Source of the DNA: a virus
Strand: one strand, 5' to 3'
Virus record (IMG/VR): IMGVR_UViG_3300027909_000018
Length of the DNA: 64,000 nt
Shown here: piece after piece, positions 46,324 to 55,608 of the stretch
Layout of the letters: each line of letters opens with the position of its first letter
Numbering within the stretch: position 1 is the stretch's first letter
The notes under the pieces: model-generated
Databases searched by the model: none
What the model was told of the DNA's origin: nothing
What the model saw: the letters and a program-made list of their open reading frames with translations, nothing else
Position numbers and translations under genes: made by a program

Positions 46324-47508
46324 TTGAGACATTGCGGCAAGCGAGGAAGGCATTACATTCAAAAAGTGAAGCTCATTGCTCAAGTCCAGCTTGTCACCAG
46401 TAGTGAACAGACCGCCGATCTCAAGCGGACGCTTCGCCGAGCCCATGCGGCTTGTAATTGGATTTCTGAGCAGGCGTGGAAATCGGGAGCATTTCGCCGG
46501 TTTCCGCTTCATAAACTCGCTTACTACGCTGCCCGTAAGAAATTCCCCGACCTCTCCTCCCAGGTCATTGTCCGAGCTATTGCTAAGGTTGCCGATGCCT
46601 ACAGGGCGCGAAGAGAAAATATCGCCACGTTTCGACCGACCGGATCGTTTGCTTACGATAGCCACATGCTTTCCTGGGTATCCGACAACGAAAGCGTGAG
46701 CATCTGGACCATATCTGGTCGGCAGAGAATCGCCTTCCTGTGCGGCCCGAAGCAACGTGCGCTTCTCCGATTCAATAGGAGAGAGGCGCTGCTTGTGTTT
46801 CGTTCTGGCAAACTCTACCTGCATGTTAGCGTCGAATTTCCTGTTGGCGACGCGCGCAAAATCTCCGACTGGCTTGGTGTTGATCTCGGGATCGTAAACA
46901 TTGCAACAACAAGCGATGGAGATAATTTTTCTGGTAGCCACCTCAACAACCTGAGAGCTCGGGCATCTAGAATCAGAAGTAAACTCCAAAAGAAAGGGAC
47001 CAAATCCGCAAAGCGCTTGCTTAAGAAGCGTCGTGATCGGGAGAACGGGTTCTCTCGACATGTCAATCACTGCATATCGAAGCAGATTGTCGCCGTATCC
47101 GAACGCACCGGGCGAGGAATTGCCCTCGAGAATCTCGAGGGAATCAACGAACGGATCTGGGCTAGCAGGAAACAGCGACGCAGGCTGCGCTCTTGGGCTT
47201 TCAGCGACTTGCAAAGCAAGATTGCCTATAAAGCTTTGCGCTCTGGTCTGCCCGTCTGCTACGTCGACCCAAGGAATTCTTCTAGGGAGTGCCACGTGTG
47301 CGGGCACACCGAAAAGGGGAACAGGAAAACGCGAGACTTGTTTGTCTGTTGCTCCTGTGGACATTCTGAGTGTGCCGACGTTAACGCTGCTCGAGTAATT
47401 TCGAGCAGGGCTCCGGTAATCGCGCCGAACGTGGTCAGTGTTGAAGGGGTGCACGTAGACCCTGGAGCTGAACTACAAAACCAAGCCAACTGAGGCTTGG
47501 TTGATTAC
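46324..47508 (+). mobile_element. tnpB: Non-autonomous IS200/IS605-family element carrying tnpB (CDS to 47493; likely start GTG ~46366)
   Basis: RuvC residues GVDLG, ALENL, ADVNAA; zinc finger CHVC...CCSC; right-end hairpin AACCAAGCC-AACTGA-GGCTTGGTT (47479-47502); no tnpA. Confidence 0.9.
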
Positions 47509-47523
47509 TATCAGATGCAGGTT

Positions 47524-47967
47524 TCACGGCTCTTCGCCTCTTCTAACGCGAGCCTTCATAACTTGAAGTTGATAATGCATCGTCCCGTCCACACACTCGT
47601 CGTAAGTGTCCCTCTCCCTCTCTCTGGTATCAGTCCGCGGGTCGAACGGTCCATACTTTCGGTACGCCCTCAGCGTCCTCTCGACGTTGTCACCAAACAC
47701 ACGGATAGCGGCGAGCTGCTCGTACTCGTTGAGCTTGGTTAAGAGATCGAGAGCCGACGCGAGCTCCATCATGGCTTGGGGCCCGAGGCTCCGAGTGCGC
47801 GCGTAGAGCTGACTCCAAAACTCATACCGCCGGTCCGTCACAGCCGGCGGAGTCCGCGGCGGCGGGACGATGACTGCCATCACGCTAGGGTCGTTGTCCG
47901 GGGGCGCCGGCAGCGTCTCCGCCTTGGCTCTCTCGGTCCGGTCGTCATTTGCTTGCGTCATTCCCAC
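47524..47967 (-). CDS. Helical protein, possible MazG-like nucleotide pyrophosphohydrolase
   Basis: RKYG...DTYDECVDGTMHY pattern. Confidence 0.35.
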   Translation of the reverse strand: MGMTQANDDRTERAKAETLPAPPDNDPSVMAVIVPPPRTPPAVTDRRYEFWSQLYARTRSLGPQAMMELASALDLLTKLNEYEQLAAIRVFGDNVERTLRAYRKYGPFDPRTDTRERERDTYDECVDGTMHYQLQVMKARVRRGEEP

Positions 47968-48363
47968 TCCACGAGTTCGTCAAGCGCCAAGGCAATCTCA
48001 TTATCAATGTGATCTTGCAGCAGCTCGTCACTCGGACGGTCGTGGTCCGCTGAGTATTTCCGAGCCCGAGCTATCCCCATCGTCACGGCTCGCTCGAGCC
48101 GATCCGAGAGTAAGGCGTAAGCCTTGAGCTTGACCGTCGTCTTAACCTTGATGGGCAAGCGCTTAGGTTTCATTTTCCAACTCATCCCACGCCGCCGCCA
48201 CCTCGTTTCCAATCTCGTTTAGCAACGCCTCGTCACTCGGTCGCTGCGAGTCCGTGGCGTGCAGCCGCGCCTTGGTGATACCGCGTGCAATAGCGACGTC
48301 GAACCGATCCACGTAGCGCTTGGCACGGGCGAAGTCTTTGGGCTGTAGGGTTTTGGGTTTCAT
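47958..48363 (-). other. Tandem paralogous small ORFs (47958..48173 and 48163..48363)
   Basis: Both begin MKPK and share RPSDE.L...I.NE.A.A.DEL. Confidence 0.65.
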
Positions 48364-48725
48364 CTCACAACCTCTCTCCCGGCGGCGTGGTCGTCGCAGA
48401 GTGTGGTCCACCAACCGCCGCCACGGATATGACCCGGCTTCCCGCACGACTCGCACGTGCGCACCGATACCGACTCGGCCGCGTCGATCAAGTCATCAAT
48501 CTCGGCGTTGGTTTGGGAGAGGTAGAAACGCAGCCCGCCAAACTTCTGTTTGACCTGTTCGACGACCGGTCTCTGCTCCTCCGGCAGAGCAACCACAATC
48601 GCCTCGAGCTTGAGACACAACTCAACCAACAATGGAACCCAGCCCTCGCCAACGTATGCGCCGCCGGTAACGCGCTTTCGAAACAGCGTCGGCGCTACCG
48701 CGCGGAGTCTTTCCTCGATGTGCAT
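48360..48725 (-). CDS. Conserved phage hypothetical protein
   Basis: GEGWVPLL...QVKQKFGGLRFY...CESCGKPG. Confidence 0.7.
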   Translation of the reverse strand: MHIEERLRAVAPTLFRKRVTGGAYVGEGWVPLLVELCLKLEAIVVALPEEQRPVVEQVKQKFGGLRFYLSQTNAEIDDLIDAAESVSVRTCESCGKPGHIRGGGWWTTLCDDHAAGREVVR

Positions 48726-49063
48726 TACGACGCCTCCCGCCACTTGCCCGTGAAGTCCTCTTCCGTGCTTATCCCAAGCTTTGCAAACCCCGCCCGGAGC
48801 TTGCGGATCGCCGACTCGTACTCTTGCCGTGCGAGCTCGCGAGAGATTCCGAGCTCGTGTCCAATGCTCGAGAACGACCGGAGCTCGGAGGAGTCGCAAG
48901 CGTGGTCGTTCTCCCCAACCCACTTGACGCCCAACGCGCAGGCTCGTTTCGATATGGCGTTACGAGTCCGGTCGAACAGCGCGGCACACCCGGCCGGACC
49001 GAGCACGGGATACGAGGCGCGCAACACGGTGTCTTCCTCGGCGGTCCACTTGCGTGTAAACAT
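48725..49063 (-). CDS. Myb-like HTH fused to sigma-70 region-4-like HTH
   Basis: KWTAEEDTVLR...; SFSSIGHELGISRELARQEYESAIRKLR. Confidence 0.65.
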   Translation of the reverse strand: MFTRKWTAEEDTVLRASYPVLGPAGCAALFDRTRNAISKRACALGVKWVGENDHACDSSELRSFSSIGHELGISRELARQEYESAIRKLRAGFAKLGISTEEDFTGKWREAS

Positions 49064-49069
49064 TTTGTT

Positions 49070-49729
49070 TTACCTAATTGGGTTTGCGGACAAAACTTGG
49101 TCGATGGTTTCTGTTGGAATGCGCCATGTGCACCCGGGTCCAGGTTGTGGCGGGATGTCCGCGCCGCTGGCCGCGGCCTTCTTTAGCCGTCTCCACAACG
49201 AGTTCACGGACACCCCTCGCCGCCCGGCAGCCGACCGCACACTCTCAAGCGAAAGCCAGCGCGCAATCGCTTCGTCGAGCTTGAACGAGTCTACGCAGGT
49301 CGATCGCCACAGCTTGCTTCTGGGCCTGGATTTGGGAACAATCGGACGGATACCCGACCACTTCAATATGGCTCGGATCTGTGTGGAGTGGAACCCGGTA
49401 CGCTTAGCAGCGTCCCAGATAAACTCACAACCGCGCGGTACGCCCATCGGCAATCCGAGAAACTTGCCACGTTCGTAAACCTTCCGTTCGGTTGTGCTCA
49501 TCATGTTGGCGATTCGCGCTATCTCGTGACACTCCCATAGCAGACGCAGCCGGTCGTCGAGCTCTTGGTTCCATTTGAAGTACTTCCTAACCCCCAGCCT
49601 CTCGGCGCGCTTGGAGATGGCGCGCAGGGAACGAGAGAGGACACCCACGAGACCAGCGGCACCGTCGGTCGCGTACCTGGCACGCAGCACAGCGTCCTCA
49701 CCCTCCGTCCACGGCCTGCCGGTGATCAC
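49070..49729 (-). CDS. Multi-HTH (Myb-like repeat) DNA-binding protein
   Basis: RPWTEGEDAVLR... and FKWNQELDDRLR... repeats. Confidence 0.65.
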   Translation of the reverse strand: MITGRPWTEGEDAVLRARYATDGAAGLVGVLSRSLRAISKRAERLGVRKYFKWNQELDDRLRLLWECHEIARIANMMSTTERKVYERGKFLGLPMGVPRGCEFIWDAAKRTGFHSTQIRAILKWSGIRPIVPKSRPRSKLWRSTCVDSFKLDEAIARWLSLESVRSAAGRRGVSVNSLWRRLKKAAASGADIPPQPGPGCTWRIPTETIDQVLSANPIR

Positions 49730-50042
49730 GGAACCCCCGTCTCGAAGAGGTCGCGTTGCACGCCGGCTTTGGCGTGTCTCGAGATGCGGGCGCGAGCAAT
49801 CGTCACGTAGGGTTCCTCCGCGGTGTCGTTGAGCTCGATGCCGATAAAGCGCCGGTCCTCGAGCAGTGCGGCTATGCCGGTCGTGCCGCTTCCCGTGAAC
49901 GGGTCGAGCACGATGCCGTCGGCGGGCGTCACGAGACGGACGAGCCAGCGCATGAGTTCGATGGGTTTAATGGTGGGATCGGCGTCGCCTCCTTCTCCAG
50001 AGCCTCAAGCGCGGCGAGGTCGGGTGCGGTAAGGTTAGGCAT
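49726..50042 (-). pseudogene. Truncated N6/N4 DNA methyltransferase (C-terminal fragment joined to an unrelated N-terminus)
   Basis: PTIKPIELMRWLVRLVTP..GIVLDPFTGSGTTG present; no DPPY half; frame closed by TGA shortly upstream. Confidence 0.7.
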
Positions 50043-50123
50043 TTTCTTACCTCAAAACGACCCAGGCGACGAAACATGAGCCCGCAATCAGCGCTACGAA
50101 TTCAATTGTTTTGCCCCAATCCA

Positions 50124-50810
50124 TCACTTGCCTCGTTTCCCTACGCGCGCCGCCCTGGGGGTGCGCCACCTGCCGCCAAACTCATGAGTCGCGCCACAAA
50201 CATCACACCTGTCGAACCAAAGCCGACCGGGAATCCACTTGGCCGTCCGGATAGTGTGCCGACACCGCCGCTTGCGAGGGGCAGCCATCACCAATCCCCC
50301 GCGATGTAGTGTTCGGCGCTTGCGTACGCGATCATCTGCGCGCCGCAGTCTGGACACTTGCCCCAGAACCGCGGATAGAGCTGGCGCACCGCATGCGCAC
50401 TCATGCCGCGCACTACGTCGGGGTCGAACTCGACAGGGCAGTTCGTGTGCTTGCACTCCACGCCGTCGAACCTCTTGCCATGCTGGTCGAGTATCGCCAC
50501 GTGATCACCCACCCCTTCCGGCGCGTGGCTGGCTCTCGTGGTATGGGCAGTCGTCCTTGCACCACGAGTGGCGCCAGTCACCACGGGGCGCGGCGTGTGG
50601 CAGAACCTTGGAGCATCGAACCGAGTCCGCCGTCAGCACACGTTCACGAAAGTTGGCCAGGGCGGCCAGAGCGTCGCGAATGAAGTGCTCCCGCGCTGCC
50701 GGGTTGACGTAGCGATCAGCCAGCCCGACGACGAACCTACGGGCGGCGAACTCCGGATCGCGACGCATCCGGCGCTTGATGTACTGGCGGCGCTCGGGAG
50801 TGATCCGCAT
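50124..50810 (-). other. Small Cys-containing hypothetical ORFs (~50124..50288, 50288..50584, 50505..50810)
   Basis: CxxC motifs; starts are approximate. Confidence 0.45.
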
Positions 50811-51328
50811 CACACCCTCCCCGCCATCTCGCGCGGTGCGGCTGCGGTCCACTCGCCCCACGCATCCGAGACGGCCCCGGACCCCGGGTAGAGGTCGACA
50901 AGGTCGTCTCCCGGCAGCGCGTTGAGCACCGAGAACAGCCAGAAGCAGAACTCCCTCGGCTTAGCTCCGGCGCAACCCTTCTTAAGCAAGATGTTTGCGC
51001 TTACGAAATCGCGCACCGTAGTCTCGAACCGGGCCCGTTTCCGTCCGCCACGAACAATGGCAGGCTCCCACGCATAGGCTGGGTTGACGTTCGGCTTGAA
51101 CGAGCAGAACGGCTTGACCCAGGCCATCACCCGAACGTCCTCGGGGCAGAGGGGCAGCAATGAACGGAGCGAGCCGGAGTTCGTTGATAGCGCCCAGCCG
51201 TCCGGATACTCCGAGACGAGCCTCGAGATGAGCTCCGCATGGTCGACCTCGGCGCACAGCGGGTCGGACTTGTAGAGGCCGCGCCTCGTGTGGCCGGGGT
51301 ACGGCGGGTCGGCGTATGCGAACCTCAC
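50810..51328 (-). CDS. Small solitary DNA adenine methyltransferase (172 aa)
   Basis: YADPPYPG catalytic motif; VDLYPGSGAV SAM-binding motif; GAGGGGG RBS. Confidence 0.8.
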   Translation of the reverse strand: MRFAYADPPYPGHTRRGLYKSDPLCAEVDHAELISRLVSEYPDGWALSTNSGSLRSLLPLCPEDVRVMAWVKPFCSFKPNVNPAYAWEPAIVRGGRKRARFETTVRDFVSANILLKKGCAGAKPREFCFWLFSVLNALPGDDLVDLYPGSGAVSDAWGEWTAAAPREMAGRV

Positions 51329-51539
51329 AGCGCCCCCTCGCGCGGTGTGGTGGTGGGGGCACCCACCGTATCTTTTCTCCGCGGAATGGAGTGGGCTCGA
51401 TTCGCGGTAGTCCCACGAAACTCCCAATCCCACCCGATATCGCCGCGTCTTTCGAGCCTCCCCGCCGTCTCGTCCCGTCGCAAATACCCGCGACGTAATG
51501 TTGACCTCTTAAGTTGCGCCAGAGCTCGCCGGAGCCCGC

Positions 51540-52631
51540 CTAGCCCGCCGTTCGCCCTTGCCCCTTGGCGGTCCCGCGATACTCCCGCGATACTGCCAAG
51601 ACGTTCTCCGCCGCCCGAAACGAGGGCTTGATGTACCGGCTCGTGGTCCGGGCGTTCGTGTGTAGCGCCAGCTGCTGTATCCCGGGCAAGTTCCCCGACT
51701 GCTCGCCCCAGTGAGTGAGGCGCATCCGGCGTAGGTCGTACGGCGTAATCCTGGAGCCACGGTCCCCGATTACGCGCTTGGCGGCTCGCCTCAGTGCTCC
51801 CCGGTGACTCATAGGGCCAGGGAAGATCAGGCCACGCTGCGGGGCCACGGCGGCCAGGGCAGCCGCCGCCGGCTCCGTAATCGGCAACCGCCGCGAGACC
51901 TTCGCTTTGTTGATCCGCGGCGTGATGTTCAGCGCCCGTTGCCCGGGTCGCCAGTGCTCCGGAACCGACAGCCGCCGAACCGTAGCCGGCCGTAGTGCGG
52001 TTTCGTAGATTGTCGTGAACCAGGCATGGACCAGCGGGTCCCCGTCGAGCTCGAGCTGCCGCAATATCTCCCGAGCCTCCTCGGGACTCAGCTCCACGAA
52101 TGCCTGGGGCTCGTTGTGCGGCGTTCCGTGCGCGTTCGGGACCGCCGGCAGGGTTGACGCCGCTTGGGACCCGTAGACACTCCGTACCACACCGCGCAGA
52201 ACCGTCATCTCGATCAGCAGCGTCCCGCGCGTCACACGCCCGAGCTCCGCCGCGATGAACGCCTCCGTCGACTCCGGCGTGACGTCGATTGCCGACCGGA
52301 AGTGACTGGCCAGAACTTGCAGCGCGTCCCCGTAGGAGAGCAGCGTCCGGGGCGCTAGCGTCGAGGCTCGTGAGTCTAGCCACGTGCGCCCCTGCTTCTC
52401 AAAGCTATCACCTCGCCGTGCCCGCTTTCGGGTGGGGCGCTGTAGCTCTTGCGAATAGATGCGCGCAGCTTCCTTTGCTGCCCGCGTAGCGTCTCGCTGG
52501 CCCGTCGAAAGCTCTCGGCGGCGTCCGTCGACAGTGAAGCTGACGTATCCGATCCGTCCGGCCCCGGGCTTGGCGTGCCAGCCGTCGGGGCCGTGCCATC
52601 GAAGGTGGATACCGGTTGCCGGTCGACCCAT
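51540..52631 (-). CDS. int: Tyrosine integrase
   Basis: TALRPA (R), YDLRR, LALHTN (H), TSRY (Y); arm-binding-like N-terminus. Confidence 0.85.
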   Translation of the reverse strand: MGRPATGIHLRWHGPDGWHAKPGAGRIGYVSFTVDGRRRELSTGQRDATRAAKEAARIYSQELQRPTRKRARRGDSFEKQGRTWLDSRASTLAPRTLLSYGDALQVLASHFRSAIDVTPESTEAFIAAELGRVTRGTLLIEMTVLRGVVRSVYGSQAASTLPAVPNAHGTPHNEPQAFVELSPEEAREILRQLELDGDPLVHAWFTTIYETALRPATVRRLSVPEHWRPGQRALNITPRINKAKVSRRLPITEPAAAALAAVAPQRGLIFPGPMSHRGALRRAAKRVIGDRGSRITPYDLRRMRLTHWGEQSGNLPGIQQLALHTNARTTSRYIKPSFRAAENVLAVSREYRGTAKGQGRTAG

Positions 52632-52780
52632 GCCCGTAGGTCCTCCGGGCGCCACCGTGGTCCGAAGGGGGTTTGGATGCAAGGCACATCGGGTCGGACG
52701 CGGGCGTCGAAGGTTGACGGGCTGGCGCCTACCGAGGCGGCCGCGGCACAGCGGCGGAGGAGGAGGGCGGTCACGGCCAA
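52376..52780 (-). CDS. xis: Excisionase-like winged HTH overlapping int
   Basis: LLRR..AA..VG.S.STFD..VRP...GPRWRPEDLRAW. Confidence 0.6.
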   Translation of the reverse strand: MAVTALLLRRCAAAASVGASPSTFDARVRPDVPCIQTPFGPRWRPEDLRAWVDRQPVSTFDGTAPTAGTPSPGPDGSDTSASLSTDAAESFRRASETLRGQQRKLRASIRKSYSAPPESGHGEVIALRSRGARG

Positions 52781-52799
52781 ACCCCCACCCAGCTAGCCA

Positions 52800-53616
52800 C
52801 GCACCCGGCCGTCACGATCGCGGGCATCCCGAACACGATCGCAAACGCCGCCCACTCGAGAGCTCGCAACTTGGTCATATCAATTCGACCTCGACGGCGC
52901 CGGGCTCCTCGCCCAGAAGCACCGCACCCTTTTGCCTCGCGAAGTATGCGGTTTGAGCCAACACCTGCACGTGTCGCGCCGGGTTAGCGATTACGTAGAC
53001 ACGCCACGAGACGTCCATAGCGGGCGGGTATCCGAGTTCAACGGCCACGACGTTTCCTCCTGATAGCTTTCAACGCATTCCGTGCCTTGCGGTAGTCTTC
53101 GTCGGTCTCGCAGGGTTGTTTCCCTAGCGGGTGCTTGTGTCCCGTCGTCTTAGCCTTACGCTGTGACACTAGATCATCCTCTCCCTCGCCTCGCGAGCAC
53201 ACTCGGGACACGGCTTGTCGGCGAAGGTATGTGTGTTGTGCTGCTCACACCGGTTCTCGCGGAGCAGCACGAGTGCGACGACCTCAATGGGTGCGGGCTT
53301 TTTAGGTTTTCGTGGGTTACGCGGCATAGGTTATTTGGCGGTAGCTATGGTCGCAGCGAGTGCATGACACCCTGACGATTCCCTCTCGACTGCAGTCGCA
53401 CCCGAGCCGGTCTTGCAAATGCCGCCCCTCGAGAAACTGGAGCTTGCGAGGGCGCCGCTGACAGTTAGAGCACTGGAGCAAAGCACCACATGCGGAGCAG
53501 CGAGCCGGGTACTCGGCGAATAGAGCCTTGGGGCGCCACGTGGGGTTCAGGAGCTCGTGTTCGTGCTCGAGACGGCGGCGGAGTTGGTATTGCTCGCGGG
53601 TTTCGGGGCGCCGCAT
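52800..53616 (-). other. Small early leftward ORFs, including Zn-finger 53317..53616
   Basis: Hand translation of coupled 43-99 aa ORFs with CxxC motifs. Confidence 0.5.
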
Positions 53617-53720
53617 AATTCGTTTTACCTAATAACCCATTCGCGCGGGCGTGGCAAGGCGAAACGGTGCGGAAAATTACTGCCCCCGCCTGCCACAAAC
53701 CCCTACACGCATGCCCAGTA

Positions 53721-53749
53721 TTGCAATTACCTATAAGAGTCGCTAATTT
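53721..53749 (+). promoter_or_regulatory. Sigma70-type promoter for repressor (probably leaderless)
   Basis: TTGCAA-17 nt-TAATTT ending 8 nt before ATG 53758; no SD. Confidence 0.55.
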
Positions 53750-53757
53750 GCGTAGGC

Positions 53758-54303
53758 ATGGCACGCGCCCAAGGTGTAGAAAATCCCGAGGTCACCGAGT
53801 ATTTCCGGTACTGCATGAAGCGGTACCAGAAAAAAACCGGCAAGAACGACTCACAAGCCGCGGCAGAGCTCGAGACGAGCGCGCCGCACTACAACAACAT
53901 CATGAAGGGGATAGCCGGCGTCGGAGGTCGGCTGATGCAGCGCTTCGCCGAGAAGCACGCGGGTGGCTCGATGGACCAACTTTTAACTATTTCTAAAAAC
54001 CACATTTCTCGCATAGGCTACGCACCCGGAGAAAGCGGTTTGGTCTCGTTCTCGCTCCGGTTCGGCTGGGCCGACTGTCTAGCCAAGGCGCGCAAGCTCG
54101 CGCCGCAGTACAGCGACGAGACGTGGGAGGAGGTTGGCAGGATGGCGTGGCCCGAAGGCCCGATGTCTCCGCGCGCCCTGGCATCGCTAGCCCGCGCAGT
54201 CGCCGAGAACTGGGACGCGATCGAGACCGAGGGACGCAAGCAAGAAGAGCGCCCGTCTCATAGCGGGAAACATCCCGTAAAAGTACGTAGAAAGCCAAAA
54301 TAG
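53758..54303 (+). CDS. CI-like XRE repressor
   Basis: Divergent from early leftward genes; HTH DSQAAAELETSAPHYNNIMKG. Confidence 0.7.
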   Translation: MARAQGVENPEVTEYFRYCMKRYQKKTGKNDSQAAAELETSAPHYNNIMKGIAGVGGRLMQRFAEKHAGGSMDQLLTISKNHISRIGYAPGESGLVSFSLRFGWADCLAKARKLAPQYSDETWEEVGRMAWPEGPMSPRALASLARAVAENWDAIETEGRKQEERPSHSGKHPVKVRRKPK

Positions 54304-54342
54304 CGGTTGCCGATTGCGTTGCGAAAGATTACCATGTGACAA

Positions 54343-54834
54343 ATGGTAACATGGGGCGACGAGGCGGCAGTTAGGAGTTTGATTCGGGGACGCGGGCCGA
54401 TTGAGCAGCCTATGCTCTGTCCGGATCAACGGACCGAGATAGTTAACGTGCTCCACGATCACCACGCGCCGGGAGAGCCCGTTGTGCTTGCGCGCTGCAT
54501 GGGGATCAAGCTGCTACCGTTCGACTCGGGCGGCGAGGGCTTCCCGTGGGCCTACCACGCCAACGGACTAGCCTTCTATGACGACTCGCGGATAGGTAGG
54601 CTGGCGGCGTGGTACGCGTTCGCCGCGTGTCTACTGTTCCGGGCCTGGCCGGCCGGAGAGTTTACCGGAGGCGACGTAGCACTATGTGGGATAGATCTGA
54701 CGTGTCCCCCCGGCGCCCTCCGCGGCAACATTGACGACGTGTGTCGCCGCCAGCCGAACGCGCCGCGGTGGCTCCACGAGCTCCGCCGCGGTCAGATCGG
54801 CGTTGGCAGCGGGCAGATCGCCCGGGTAGGCTAG
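54343..54834 (+). CDS. ImmA/IrrE-like protein lacking HExxH
   Basis: Follows repressor; PVVLARCMGI...YDD...LL...A..L..P layout. Confidence 0.4.
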   Translation: MVTWGDEAAVRSLIRGRGPIEQPMLCPDQRTEIVNVLHDHHAPGEPVVLARCMGIKLLPFDSGGEGFPWAYHANGLAFYDDSRIGRLAAWYAFAACLLFRAWPAGEFTGGDVALCGIDLTCPPGALRGNIDDVCRRQPNAPRWLHELRRGQIGVGSGQIARVG

Positions 54835-54836
54835 GG

Positions 54837-54864
54837 TTGACATACGACGGCCGGGACATAGATT
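54837..54864 (+). promoter_or_regulatory. Sigma70-type early promoter
   Basis: TTGACA-16 nt-TAGATT upstream of ATG 54911. Confidence 0.55.
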
Positions 54865-54910
54865 GCCGACCGGCCGCAATTACCTATTACGGCTACGAAA
54901 GGTAAGACCA

Positions 54911-55084
54911 ATGACAACCGCCGCCGAAGAGGCCCGGACGCGCTCGATCGACGCCCTGTGGGACCTCTGGCAGAAAGTCCACCCGGGGACGCCACGGGAG
55001 CACGTAGAGGCTCTCGTTGACGACCTGACGGTGCATATCGTCGACACGGCGCTCGCGCTGGCGGGGACGAAGCAGGGGCCGTGA
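54911..55084 (+). CDS. Hypothetical protein (57 aa)
   Basis: AAAGGT RBS. Confidence 0.6.
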   Translation: MTTAAEEARTRSIDALWDLWQKVHPGTPREHVEALVDDLTVHIVDTALALAGTKQGP

Positions 55085-55284
55085 CCAGACTAGCCGCCCT
55101 GATGCGCCTCGACCCGGGAAAGGCTCGAGAGGAGATTCGGCTAGCTATTGCCAGGAACCTCGGCTGTTACACGTGGGCTGCTCAGGAACTTGGTGTCACC
55201 TACCGAACGCTACTCCGGTACCGACAAGCACTGAACATGGATACAGCGAAATCGTTGCGTAGTCCGCAAATCGACGCAGAGTGA
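55081..55284 (+). CDS. Fis-like HTH protein
   Basis: AIARNLGCYTWAAQELGVTYRTLLRY. Confidence 0.75.
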   Translation: MTRLAALMRLDPGKAREEIRLAIARNLGCYTWAAQELGVTYRTLLRYRQALNMDTAKSLRSPQIDAE

Positions 55285-55422
55285 GCCATGTATTCGTTTT
55301 ACCTAATTAAACTGCCTCTCATGTTTCGGAGCACCGCAGCCGCTTGCGTAGCTCTCTTGGCGTCAATTTCAATTACCTACGACAAAACCGAATTGGCACG
55401 GCGCGTGCACCACGTCTATGCC

Positions 55423-55608
55423 ATGAACGACACAATCCCCGCCCCCCGCCAACAGAAACAGACCAGCGGATTCGCTTGCATGGAGTGCGGCCACAAGTTC
55501 CGCACCGTCAAAGCCGCCGAGCGCGCCGCGTTCGGCGAGAACGGCTGCCCCAAGTGCGGCGGCTCGGACATCGACCTGTCCTCCCCGGCCGCCAAGGTGT
55601 CGTCGTGA
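55423..55608 (+). CDS. Zinc-ribbon protein (FmdB-like)
   Basis: FACMECGHKF...CPKCGGSDID. Confidence 0.7.
   Translation: MNDTIPAPRQQKQTSGFACMECGHKFRTVKAAERAAFGENGCPKCGGSDIDLSSPAAKVSS

Noticed and set aside
47973-47999. Gapped self-match of unit 7 (14/18); likewise unit 3 versus 18425..18451 (14/18)
   Set aside because: A rough binomial estimate gives on the order of ten such hits by chance across both strands and nine guides.
51375-51410. tRNA-3'-end-like sequence near int as att core
   Set aside because: No T-stem pairing and no CCA; the resemblance is too weak.
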